A stretch of DNA of 64,000 nt from Bacteroidales bacterium. Lineage in GTDB: Bacteria > Bacteroidota > Bacteroidia > Bacteroidales > 4484-276. The notes beneath the pieces were generated by a model. That model had not been told where the DNA came from. It worked only from the letters and a program-made list of their open reading frames with translations, and searched no databases. Position 1 is the stretch's first letter, and each line of letters begins with the position of its first letter. The translations under genes were made by a program, and so were the position numbers. This document shows positions 17,887 through 26,066 of the stretch, piece by piece. Where the stretch lies: the NCBI GenBank assembly GCA_035647615.1, contig DASRND010000038.1, forward strand, positions 65,274-129,273, read 5' to 3'.

Positions 17887-19304
17887 GCACAATCATCAAT
17901 AAGCAAAGAGGCATTCGTATAATACTGATGCTGCCCATGCTGCTGATAGCTTTTTCGGTTGTGGGTCAGGATGCTGCGCGCTATATCGACTCGATAACGC
18001 AGGGGCTCGATAACAGACAAAAGCTGGAAGTACTCAACAAACACACTGTGGAAGTGCGTAACAGTAATATTCTTTTGGGAACCAGGCTTGCCGACGAGGC
18101 GCTGAAACTTGCTTACAAAATGGATGATAAAAAACTGCTGGCTTTACCGATTTTAAATAAAGGAGGCATTTACTACCTCACCGGCAATTACGACAGTGCA
18201 CAAATACTTTGGGAAGATGCAATGGCACGCTTTCATACCAATAACGACACGGTGAACTGGTCGCATGCCTGCTTAAATATGGGGCGCATCTACGTGGCAC
18301 AGGCCGATTATGATAAATCCATTTCCTACAACCAAACTGCATTGGAAGTTACTCTTCAGCAACACGACACGCTCGCTGCGCTCGAATGCCTGCAAGGTAT
18401 TGCGGCCAGTTACCACTACATGGGACGTTACCAGGAGGCATACAGCTATTATCAGCAGGTCATGGAAATGAACATAAATAATAAATACATCGATGTCGCG
18501 CTCAATACCCTTACTAATATGGCCGCTCTTTATATAGAACTGGACAAATTCGATGAGGCACTCGACAGATACAACCGGGCGCTCAAAGTTGCCGACAGCC
18601 TTCGCTTCCACAAGATTTCTGCTTCAATATTAAGAAACATGGGCGTGATATTTATACAAACCGACGAAAACCACAAGGCGCTGAATTGTCTTTTTAAGAG
18701 CCTATACCTCCGCGATTCGCTGGGATTGGATCGGGAATATGCATCCACCCTCAACATCATCGGTAAAGTTTACGAACTGGAAGGCAACCTGCAACGCGCC
18801 AATGAGTTGTATATCGAGAGTTTGCAGATAAGTGAGGCCTATGATGACAAAATTCAAATATCTGCCGGTTTGCGATTTATTGGCGAAAATCTGCTGCTAA
18901 GCCGCAATTTTGCAAGCGCTGAAGCCTACGCCAGGAAGAGCCTGGAAATTGCACAAGGAGCCAGTTTACGGCTACACACCTCAGAAAACTATAAGCTGTT
19001 GACGCTTATTTTTGCTGCGGACAATCAGATGGACAGCGCCAAAGAATACATCGACCGGTATGCAGAGCTGAAGATGCAACTGAAAATGGATTTTGATGAG
19101 GAGGAAGAAATAGTTTTGGTGGAAGAGAGCACAGATGCTGCTAATGATTCTGCGGGACTTATCAGAAACACGCCATCCAACGGGATGACATGGCTTTTCT
19201 CGTTGATCATTATCACCGGTCTTGTTGTTTTCATCTTTGTGCTTCTGGCCTTTTTGACGTGCCGCCGGCAACAACGGAAGAAATTTTATAGAAAAATCAA
19301 TTAA
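17883..19304 (+). CDS. tetratricopeptide-repeat protein with signal peptide and C-terminal TM anchor
   Basis: Multiple TPR-like 34-aa repeats (...NMGRIYVAQADYDKSISYNQTALEV...) and a C-terminal hydrophobic helix followed by RRQQRKK. The TTG start overlaps the upstream stop (TTGA). Confidence 0.7.
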   Translation: MSTIINKQRGIRIILMLPMLLIAFSVVGQDAARYIDSITQGLDNRQKLEVLNKHTVEVRNSNILLGTRLADEALKLAYKMDDKKLLALPILNKGGIYYLTGNYDSAQILWEDAMARFHTNNDTVNWSHACLNMGRIYVAQADYDKSISYNQTALEVTLQQHDTLAALECLQGIAASYHYMGRYQEAYSYYQQVMEMNINNKYIDVALNTLTNMAALYIELDKFDEALDRYNRALKVADSLRFHKISASILRNMGVIFIQTDENHKALNCLFKSLYLRDSLGLDREYASTLNIIGKVYELEGNLQRANELYIESLQISEAYDDKIQISAGLRFIGENLLLSRNFASAEAYARKSLEIAQGASLRLHTSENYKLLTLIFAADNQMDSAKEYIDRYAELKMQLKMDFDEEEEIVLVEESTDAANDSAGLIRNTPSNGMTWLFSLIIITGLVVFIFVLLAFLTCRRQQRKKFYRKIN

Positions 19305-19343
19305 ACGAAGATATCCCGAAGACAAACCAAAACATTTTAACAA

Positions 19344-21200
19344 TTGAAATCAATCATCTTCAACCTGCTGCGACAGTTGCTTTTCTGGCTTCTGTTTTTT
19401 GCCCTCTCGCGGGCATTGTTTATCGTTTACCACTTTCAATTTATCCGCATCGAAAATGTGACGATTGCTGAGTTGTTTTCGGTATTTTATCATGCCCTAC
19501 CTCTCGATCTGGCCACAGCCTGCTACTTTCTTATCATCCCTTTTCTGCTCCTGGCAGTTCAATCCCTTTGGAGGGCAGGGTTCCTCAATGTTGTGAATAA
19601 GGTCTACACTTTTGTGCTGATCGTTTTGTACGCCCTCATCACCGGTGGCGAAATTGGCCTTTACGGCGAATGGAAAAGTAAAATCAACGTGAAGGCGCTG
19701 CGCTATCTCGAAAATCCGTCAGAGGTGTATAACTCAGCCGACAGCACTACTTTTTTTACTTTAGTAATTATAACGCTGGTACTGGCCGGAGTTGGCATTT
19801 ATAGTTATTATCGCTTTTTTTATAAAAACATTCATCATCCTGCTAGGCCGATTCAGGCCATCGTATTTGTGCTGATAACGCCAGCACTCTTGGTTTTGGG
19901 ATTGCGGGGCGGATGGCAGGAAATCCCTATCAACCAGAGCAGCACCTATTTTTCACAAAAAAATATTCTCAACCTGACCGCCACCAACAATGCCTTCAAC
20001 CTCTACATTAGTATCTTCGAAAATGCCAAAAGCATCCGCAACAATCCGTTTACTTATTACGATCCGGCCACTGCAAAGCGCATCACACAGGAGTTGCTGA
20101 CTGTCGAAAAAGATACCACCATCCGGGTGCTCAGCACCACGCGTCCTAATATTGTAATGCTGATCATGGAAAGCTGGTCGGCCGATCTGATAGAGACTCT
20201 GGGCGGGGAGGGCGGCATCACGCCATCGTTTGCAGCACTCGAAAAAGAGGGACTGCTATTTACAGAAATGCTTTCGAGCGGCTCACGATCAGAGCAGGGC
20301 ATGGCGAGTATCTTTGGTGGATTTCCGGCGCATGCACTCACGGCTATCACCTTGCAGCCCGATAAGTTTATTCATTTGCCGGGGCTGGCGAAAATAATCA
20401 AAGAGCAAGGCTACCACACCTCGTTCAGCTTCGGCGGGCAACTGATTTATGGAAATATTAAAGGATATATTCTCAATAATGGCTTCGACCGGATACGAGA
20501 AGGCAGCGACTATCCCGACAACCTGATACGTGGAAAACTCGGCGTGCACGACGAATATACCATGCAGCAGCTTATCGCTGATTTGAAAACTGAAAAGGAA
20601 CCCTTTTTTGCAGCGCTTTTTACTCTGAGTTCTCATTCGCCCTACGACCAGCCGATGGAAGATGTTTTCGACTGGGGCGATAATGAGCGTCGATATATCA
20701 ACTCGGCTTACTATACGGATCGGAGCCTGGGGCTGTTTTTTGAAGCAGCTCGCCGGCAGCCGTGGTACGACAGCACCTTATTTATCATTGTCGCCGACCA
20801 CAGCAAAAACAGTTACCGCAATCATCCTTACCACACCATCGCCTACCACAGCATTCCTATGCTTTGGACCGGTCCGGTAATCGACAGCGCCTACCGCGGC
20901 AAGCAATGGCTTCGCCCCGGTTCTCAAACCGATATTCCTGCTACTTTGCTTGCGCAGATGCAGTTGACGCACCAACAATTTACCTGGAGCCGTAACTTAT
21001 TTAATCCTTACGAAAAAAAATACCGCTACTTCGGCTTCGATAACGGCTTGATTTGGGAAGAAGAAAAAGGCTCCTTTGCATTCGACGCCGACCTCAACGA
21101 TTATCATTGGCAGCAGCCACCGATGGCACCCGACGACTCGGTGATTATCCGCGGTAAATCCTACCTGCAGACACTGTTTCAGGAATATCTTGATTATTGA
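19344..21200 (+). CDS. LTA-synthase-family sulfatase-like phosphoglycerol/phosphoethanolamine transferase
   Basis: Five N-terminal TM helices plus an extracytoplasmic alkaline-phosphatase-superfamily domain (NIVMLIMESW..., SGSRSEQG, ...SSHSPY). TTG start. Confidence 0.75.
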   Translation: MKSIIFNLLRQLLFWLLFFALSRALFIVYHFQFIRIENVTIAELFSVFYHALPLDLATACYFLIIPFLLLAVQSLWRAGFLNVVNKVYTFVLIVLYALITGGEIGLYGEWKSKINVKALRYLENPSEVYNSADSTTFFTLVIITLVLAGVGIYSYYRFFYKNIHHPARPIQAIVFVLITPALLVLGLRGGWQEIPINQSSTYFSQKNILNLTATNNAFNLYISIFENAKSIRNNPFTYYDPATAKRITQELLTVEKDTTIRVLSTTRPNIVMLIMESWSADLIETLGGEGGITPSFAALEKEGLLFTEMLSSGSRSEQGMASIFGGFPAHALTAITLQPDKFIHLPGLAKIIKEQGYHTSFSFGGQLIYGNIKGYILNNGFDRIREGSDYPDNLIRGKLGVHDEYTMQQLIADLKTEKEPFFAALFTLSSHSPYDQPMEDVFDWGDNERRYINSAYYTDRSLGLFFEAARRQPWYDSTLFIIVADHSKNSYRNHPYHTIAYHSIPMLWTGPVIDSAYRGKQWLRPGSQTDIPATLLAQMQLTHQQFTWSRNLFNPYEKKYRYFGFDNGLIWEEEKGSFAFDADLNDYHWQQPPMAPDDSVIIRGKSYLQTLFQEYLDY

Positions 21201-21220
21201 TTTTAATAAGGAAAATAAAG

Positions 21221-21392
21221 AAAACCACAGAGCCAACAGGACACAAAAAAAAAGAAGAAAAAAGGAAGAATAAATAACCCCTGTGCCTTAGGGGCTCTGT
21301 GGTGAAATATGTTTTATTTTCCTCTGTGCCTTCGTGGCTCTGTGGTGATGCAGTTTTCTTCCTCTGCGCCTCAGCGTCTCTGCGGTGAAGCT
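21221..21392. repeat. intergenic repeat array (CTCTGTG-containing ~29-bp units)
   Basis: Forward units lie at 21278-21306, 21321-21349 and 21361-21389 (CCTCTGTGCCTTCGTGGCTCTGTGGTGA-like, period 40-43). An inverted partial unit lies at 21224-21245, and its ACCACAGAGCC is perfectly complementary to GGCTCTGTGGT at 21292-21302. Confidence 0.8.
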
Positions 21393-21412
21393 CAATTGGA
21401 AGAAACAGCAGC

Positions 21413-22378
21413 TTAAAGATATTTGGCTTGCAAGAGATAATTTTTCACATAGTCATCCACACCGGCTTCGAGTGAGGTAAAGGTGCGGCTATACCCATAA
21501 TCCCGCACCTTGTTCATGTCGGCCTGGGTGTAATATTGGTATTTGTCACGGATGTCTTCGGGTGTATCAATAAATTCTATCACCGGCTTGCGACCCATAG
21601 CGGCAAAGGTGGCGTTGGTAAGATCGAGAAAAGTGCGGGCCGTGCCGGTGCCCAGATTGTATAATCCGGGTTGCCGCTGATGTGCAGCAAAAAACAGCAA
21701 CGTTTCCACCACATCTTTCACATACACAAAGTCGCGCATTTGTCCACCATCGCTAAAGTCGGGATGATGCGACCGGAAGAGCTTCATCTTACCGGTTTTT
21801 TCTATCTGATAAAAAGCATGCATAATCACAGAAGCCATGCGTCCTTTGTGGTATTCGTTGGGGCCATAGACATTAAAAAATTTAAAACCAGCCCAAAAAG
21901 GAGGAGTCTGCTTTTGGTTCAACGCCCATTTGTCCAATTCATTTTTGGAAACACCGTAAGGATTTAGCGGCTTTAGTTGAGGAACAATGTCGTGGCTATC
22001 CGTGTAGCCATGCTCGCCCATTCCGTAGGTAGCTGCCGAAGAAGCGTAAAGCAACGGAATTTGATAACGCGCACAAGCCTCCCACATTTTTTTGCTGTAG
22101 TTAAGATTGAGCCTGTCGAAGACGGACATATCAAATTCGGCGGTGTCGGTGCGGGCGCCAATATGAAAGATGGTTTCGACCTCTTTGTGGTTTTTGTCGA
22201 GCCAGTCGAAGAACACATCACGATGCACCTGCTCCGCAAACTTCTTTTTGCTTAGATTTTTTAGCTTTTGTTCGTTTCCAAAATCATCCACCAGCAACAG
22301 GTCGTGGCGCCCGATGTTATTCAGTTTTGATGTCAATGCACTGCCGATAAACCCGGCAGCGCCCGTTATTACTATCAT
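21413..22378 (-). CDS. hldD: ADP-L-glycero-D-manno-heptose 6-epimerase
   Basis: MIVITGAAGFIGS Rossmann start, YASSAATYG and YGVSK catalytic motif. The start is set at the ATG at 22378 because the track ORF extends 56 non-homologous codons into the upstream gene. Confidence 0.85.
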   Translation of the reverse strand: MIVITGAAGFIGSALTSKLNNIGRHDLLLVDDFGNEQKLKNLSKKKFAEQVHRDVFFDWLDKNHKEVETIFHIGARTDTAEFDMSVFDRLNLNYSKKMWEACARYQIPLLYASSAATYGMGEHGYTDSHDIVPQLKPLNPYGVSKNELDKWALNQKQTPPFWAGFKFFNVYGPNEYHKGRMASVIMHAFYQIEKTGKMKLFRSHHPDFSDGGQMRDFVYVKDVVETLLFFAAHQRQPGLYNLGTGTARTFLDLTNATFAAMGRKPVIEFIDTPEDIRDKYQYYTQADMNKVRDYGYSRTFTSLEAGVDDYVKNYLLQAKYL

Positions 22379-22439
22379 ATCGAAGTATTTTTCAATTACA
22401 ATTAAGTTGAACAGGATTTCAATAAAATCCAAAATACAT

Positions 22440-23234
22440 TTATTCGGCTTCTTCCAAAAACCTTCGCGCCAGCGGCATCGACAAGCGGCTAATGGTGTCC
22501 ATCCTTTCGGGATGCCACTGCACGCCCAGCAAAAATGGCTTGCCATCCGGCTTCTTCCAACCTACAGCTTCAATAACTCCATCATTGGATACAGCCAAAA
22601 CTTTCAGATCGTCAGCCGTACGCTTCACAGCCTGGTGATGGTTGCTGGTGACGCTGTCGCCGCTTTTTGCACCCATGCCCGTAAGCATATTATCCGGCAG
22701 AATCATCACCCGATGATAGCATTTCTGCCAGTCGATGCAACGATGATAAACAGCCGTTTGGATTTCAGTCGGAATATCCACCACCAACGAGCCGCCCAAT
22801 GCCACATTGAGAATTTGCTGTCCGCGGCAAACTCCCAGGATTGGCAATTTACGCTGCAGCGCCTGCTCTATCAGCAAAAACTCGAGTGAATCCCGATAAT
22901 GGTTAAATCCATCGCAGCGAACAGTATCTTCGGTTTGGTTGTAATAGCCGGGATAAACATCCTCGCCACCGGTAAGCAGCAACCCCGTGCAGTCGTCGAA
23001 GATGATGCCTGCGGAATCCCATGGATATTGGTTCATCACCTCATAGCGCACCTGCGGATCGGCATAACGAAGCCATTGCAAATAGCTGTTACCGGCAGTA
23101 TCGCCACCGATGTACGAAATAGCAATCAGACGCGGCTTAGGAGCCGGTTCCGTTTGACAAGCTGAAAATATCAGCACAAACAACATCAAAGCTGCCAGGC
23201 TGTAGAGTTTTAAAACAGATGTTTTCATCAGCAA
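22440..23234 (-). CDS. class-I glutamine amidotransferase / peptidase C26 (gamma-glutamyl-GABA hydrolase-like) lipoprotein
   Basis: Signal/lipobox (LIFSAC), GVCRGQQILNVALGGSL (nucleophile Cys), HHQAV, and WHPE near the C-terminus. Confidence 0.8.
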   Translation of the reverse strand: MLMKTSVLKLYSLAALMLFVLIFSACQTEPAPKPRLIAISYIGGDTAGNSYLQWLRYADPQVRYEVMNQYPWDSAGIIFDDCTGLLLTGGEDVYPGYYNQTEDTVRCDGFNHYRDSLEFLLIEQALQRKLPILGVCRGQQILNVALGGSLVVDIPTEIQTAVYHRCIDWQKCYHRVMILPDNMLTGMGAKSGDSVTSNHHQAVKRTADDLKVLAVSNDGVIEAVGWKKPDGKPFLLGVQWHPERMDTISRLSMPLARRFLEEAE

Positions 23235-23276
23235 AATTTATTATGCTGCAAATGTCGGCAAAAATCTTTTGTCATT

Positions 23277-24005
23277 TCAGAGATAGCCCTCGGCATGGAA
23301 ATCGCGCGTGAGCAAAACATAATCTTCTGTGTATTTACCATCCGACTTCCTCACGGTAAGATGTTGGATAATAATTTTATCGGCAGGCTGCTTCGCCAGC
23401 AACAAGATTCGTCGTGAGGGCACGCGCTCCGGAGTTGGCAACACAAAAAGCTGCTGCTGCAGATACAGACCGTTAGCCTCGGCGCCAGCACAAAAATCGA
23501 CTGCTTCGGCTATGGGCAATATCACCGCCAGCCTTCCTTCCGTAGCAAGCAACAATAAGCTGCTGCCGATGAAATCTTCTATCGAAAGATTCACGTTGTG
23601 TTTGGCCATCTTCAACCGCTCATCGGCAGGCAAAAGACTGTTGCGAAAAAACGGAGGATTGCTCACGATGAGATCGTAAAGCTGAGATTGTTGCAAAGCA
23701 AATTTTTGAAAAGCAATACAATGTGCCTTGAGGCGATTGCCCCACGGAGAGTTGCGAAAGTTTTCGGCAGCTTCCTGCACGGAAGCCTGGTGGATGTCGA
23801 TGGCATCGATGAAAGCCCGCGAGCGCTGCGCCAGCATCAAAGCGATGATGCCACTGCCGGTGCCCACGTCGAGCACGCGCCGCTCCTGCCCTACAAGCGG
23901 CAGCCAGGAGCCCAGCAACATGGCGTCGGTACCGGCTTTCATGGTGCTTTGGTGGTGGCTTAACGTAAACTGTCTAAAACGGAAAGGTTCTGGTGCAGCT
24001 TTCAT
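23277..24005 (-). CDS. tRNA1(Val) (adenine37-N6)-methyltransferase (YfiC/TrmN6-like)
   Basis: FRFRQFTLSH...GTDAMLLG, VLDVGTGSGIIALMLAQR (SAM motif I) and IVSNPPFF (motif IV). Confidence 0.8.
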   Translation of the reverse strand: MKAAPEPFRFRQFTLSHHQSTMKAGTDAMLLGSWLPLVGQERRVLDVGTGSGIIALMLAQRSRAFIDAIDIHQASVQEAAENFRNSPWGNRLKAHCIAFQKFALQQSQLYDLIVSNPPFFRNSLLPADERLKMAKHNVNLSIEDFIGSSLLLLATEGRLAVILPIAEAVDFCAGAEANGLYLQQQLFVLPTPERVPSRRILLLAKQPADKIIIQHLTVRKSDGKYTEDYVLLTRDFHAEGYL

Positions 24006-24019
24006 TGCATGCAGTTGGA

Positions 24020-24544
24020 TTATTTATTAAGGTCAATCAACCCTTCGGGCAGATCGAGGTAAAGGATTTTCTTTCGTTTGTTGATCTTCACAATAAATTC
24101 ATCGACAAACGGAATCAATATTTCATCTCCGCTATGGTCTACCTGCAGCAGCGCCTGCTCCGTCGATTCTATCAGATCGGTGATTTGCCCCAGCTCCCCT
24201 GCAGTTTTATCAACGACAGTATAATTGGTGAGCTGATGATGATAAAGCTGATTGGGTTGAGTGGCAGGCAAATCCTCCTCGGCGATGTAAACTTTGTATC
24301 CGGTGAGCTGCTGCGCCAGCTCGGGCGTGTCATAATCCTGCAGCCACAACCGCAACTGTCCGGAACCGGAACCCGATTGCTGATCGACAAAAAAAGGAAC
24401 CAATCCACCGTCAATCTCCAGAAAGAGTGTTTTGATGTCTACAAATCTTTCGGCAGGATGCTGCCCGGTGCTGATGGTGAGCTGTCCGGTTTTGCGGTTG
24501 GCTTTGGTAATGGGACCTAGTAAAACGCAGGTTTCTTTCGTCAT
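24020..24544 (-). CDS. rimM: 16S rRNA processing protein RimM
   Basis: Size, RimM N-terminal and PRC-barrel-like layout, and the conserved position immediately downstream of rpsP. Confidence 0.75.
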   Translation of the reverse strand: MTKETCVLLGPITKANRKTGQLTISTGQHPAERFVDIKTLFLEIDGGLVPFFVDQQSGSGSGQLRLWLQDYDTPELAQQLTGYKVYIAEEDLPATQPNQLYHHQLTNYTVVDKTAGELGQITDLIESTEQALLQVDHSGDEILIPFVDEFIVKINKRKKILYLDLPEGLIDLNK

Positions 24545-24602
24545 GCTTTTCTAAAATTATGATAATTATTTGGGGGAGGTATTCTTTACAAACTAAACAA
24601 AT

Positions 24603-24650
24603 AAAAAACCGGAGCAGCAGCCGTTATTACTATCGGTCTTACCACTCCGG
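24603..24650 (-). terminator. hairpin plus U-tract between rpsP and rimM (terminator/attenuator)
   Basis: The minus strand reads CCGGAG...(30-nt partly paired interior)...CTCCGG followed by TTTTTTAT. Confidence 0.45.
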
Positions 24651-24683
24651 CTTATGATGATCCTAAAGAGGAGAAGCGCTAGC

Positions 24684-25430
24684 TTATTTCTCTGTCGACT
24701 CCTGCTCTGGTTCTTTTTGTTCGGTAGGTTCTTCAGGTGCAGCTTCTTTTGCAGGTTCTGCGGCTTCTTTTGTAGCTGGAGCTTCTTTCGCAGGTTCTGC
24801 TACTTCTTTGGCAGATGGAACTTCCTTGGCAGCCGGAACATCCTTAGCAGTGGGAACCTCCTTGGCTCTGGCTTCCTCTTTGGCTTTTTCAGCATCCTTG
24901 GCTTTGGCTTCCTCTTTAGCTTTGGCTTCCTCGTGGCGCGCGCGCGCTTCAGCCGCTTGTTTTTCTATTTCAGCAGCTCTGCGGCGAGCAATCTCCTCCA
25001 TACGCTCTTCGTTGATCTTGATTTCAACGTCGGTGCGTTCTTTGGCTACGGAACGATCTTTATTTTGTATCTCGCTCTGTGCTCTTTCGATCTTGGCCTG
25101 TTTGGCTTCGTCCCATTCCTGGAATTTCAGATCGGCTTGTTGCTGGGTTAAAGCGCCTTTTTTGACGCCCTTTTGCAGGTGATTTTTATACATCACACCT
25201 TTGTAGGAAAGCAATGTACGAACGGTGTCGGTTGGTAATGCGCCGACCTGAATCCAGTGTATGGCTCTGTCGAAATCAATGTTGATTTCTGCAGGTCTCG
25301 ACACCGGATTGTAGGTGCCAATTTTCTCGATAAATCTGCCGTCGCGTGGTGCCCGACCATCCGCAATTACGATATGATAAAAAGGTTGCCCTTTTTTACC
25401 ATGCCTTTGTAATCTAATTCTTGTTGGCAT
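24684..25430 (-). CDS. rpsP: 30S ribosomal protein bS16 with ~160-aa Lys/Glu/Ala/Pro-rich C-terminal extension
   Basis: MPTRIRLQRHGKKGQPFYHIVIADGRAPRDGRFIEKIGTYNP is canonical S16. A repetitive tail follows (AKEVPTAKDVPAAKEVPSAKEVAEPAKEAPATKEAAEPAKEAAPEE). Confidence 0.95.
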   Translation of the reverse strand: MPTRIRLQRHGKKGQPFYHIVIADGRAPRDGRFIEKIGTYNPVSRPAEINIDFDRAIHWIQVGALPTDTVRTLLSYKGVMYKNHLQKGVKKGALTQQQADLKFQEWDEAKQAKIERAQSEIQNKDRSVAKERTDVEIKINEERMEEIARRRAAEIEKQAAEARARHEEAKAKEEAKAKDAEKAKEEARAKEVPTAKDVPAAKEVPSAKEVAEPAKEAPATKEAAEPAKEAAPEEPTEQKEPEQESTEK

Positions 25431-25533
25431 AAAATGATAATTTGTTTAAAAATTTGTATTAAAAAAGTGGCGGCAAAGGTCTGATTAATTTCTTGAACAA
25501 CAAAATGTTATTTGCTTTTTCCGCAAAGGGCAT

Positions 25534-25592
25534 GGCGCAAGGCGCAAAGAGCTTGGCGCAGAGAGCTTGGCGCGGAGAGCTTGGCGCAAGAC
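25534..25592. repeat. 14-bp tandem repeat (GGCGCAGAGAGCTT, about 3.7 copies)
   Basis: Units start at 25541, 25555, 25569 and 25583, preceded by a half unit at 25534. Confidence 0.8.
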
Positions 25593-25751
25593 ACCGGAAG
25601 CCGGGTTCGCAGCCCTAAAAGGGATGCAACCCTTATTTGTTAAAACAATGATAGGATAGAAGATTAAAAAAGCTCCATTCATCAATCGATTAGCTGCCAC
25701 GGATAGATTTTGTAATACAATGACAAGACGGTGACTGTAGGCTTTCTTCGA

Positions 25752-25895
25752 GGCAGGGATTGGAGCGACACCCTGTCGCTGCAGCAGCTGATGTTTTTTG
25801 TTGGCGGGCGGAGGCTGACGCAGGAAGCCCACGTACCACCTACAAAAACACAGCCGCTGCAAGACGGGTATAGCGGAAAGCCCGCCCGGCCTCCC
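25752..25895 (-). repeat. copy B (inverted) of the ~142-bp GC-rich dispersed repeat
   Basis: Its reverse complement aligns with 4322-4463. See copy A. Confidence 0.85.
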
Positions 25896-26066
25896 TAATA
25901 AAAACTGAAATTAGAAATTAGAAAACAACTTTCGGAATGATGATTTTACCCAAAAGGCGAAATAAACCAGCTTGCTTCTAAATTATGATCCAACGCTTTT
26001 GGTAGCTAAATTTTGATGAGATTTGCAGGATTAAAAATTACTATTATTATATCAAAACCAACAGCT

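Noticed and set aside
21278-21389. Possible small CRISPR array (three ~29-bp direct repeats).
   Set aside because: The spacers between units are only 11-14 nt and are themselves similar (T-rich). The units are degenerate, an inverted copy is present, and no cas genes are nearby. It behaves like a REP-type intergenic repeat.
22379-22546. The 56-codon N-terminal extension of the hldD ORF.
   Set aside because: It overlaps the 3' end of the upstream amidotransferase gene. The Rossmann GAAGFIGS motif must sit at the N-terminus, so the start is the ATG at 22378.
24654-25182. Plus-strand ORFs (165 aa and 124 aa) rich in Phe/Leu/Ser opposite the S16 tail. Similar ORFs lie at 33222-33586 opposite the L17 tail.
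   Set aside because: They are artefacts of the periodic low-complexity coding sequence on the minus strand.
25596-25626. CRISPR-repeat-like hairpin GTTCGCAGCCCTAAAAGGGATGCAAC.
   Set aside because: There is a single occurrence in the window with no repeat-spacer periodicity, so it cannot be called a CRISPR array.
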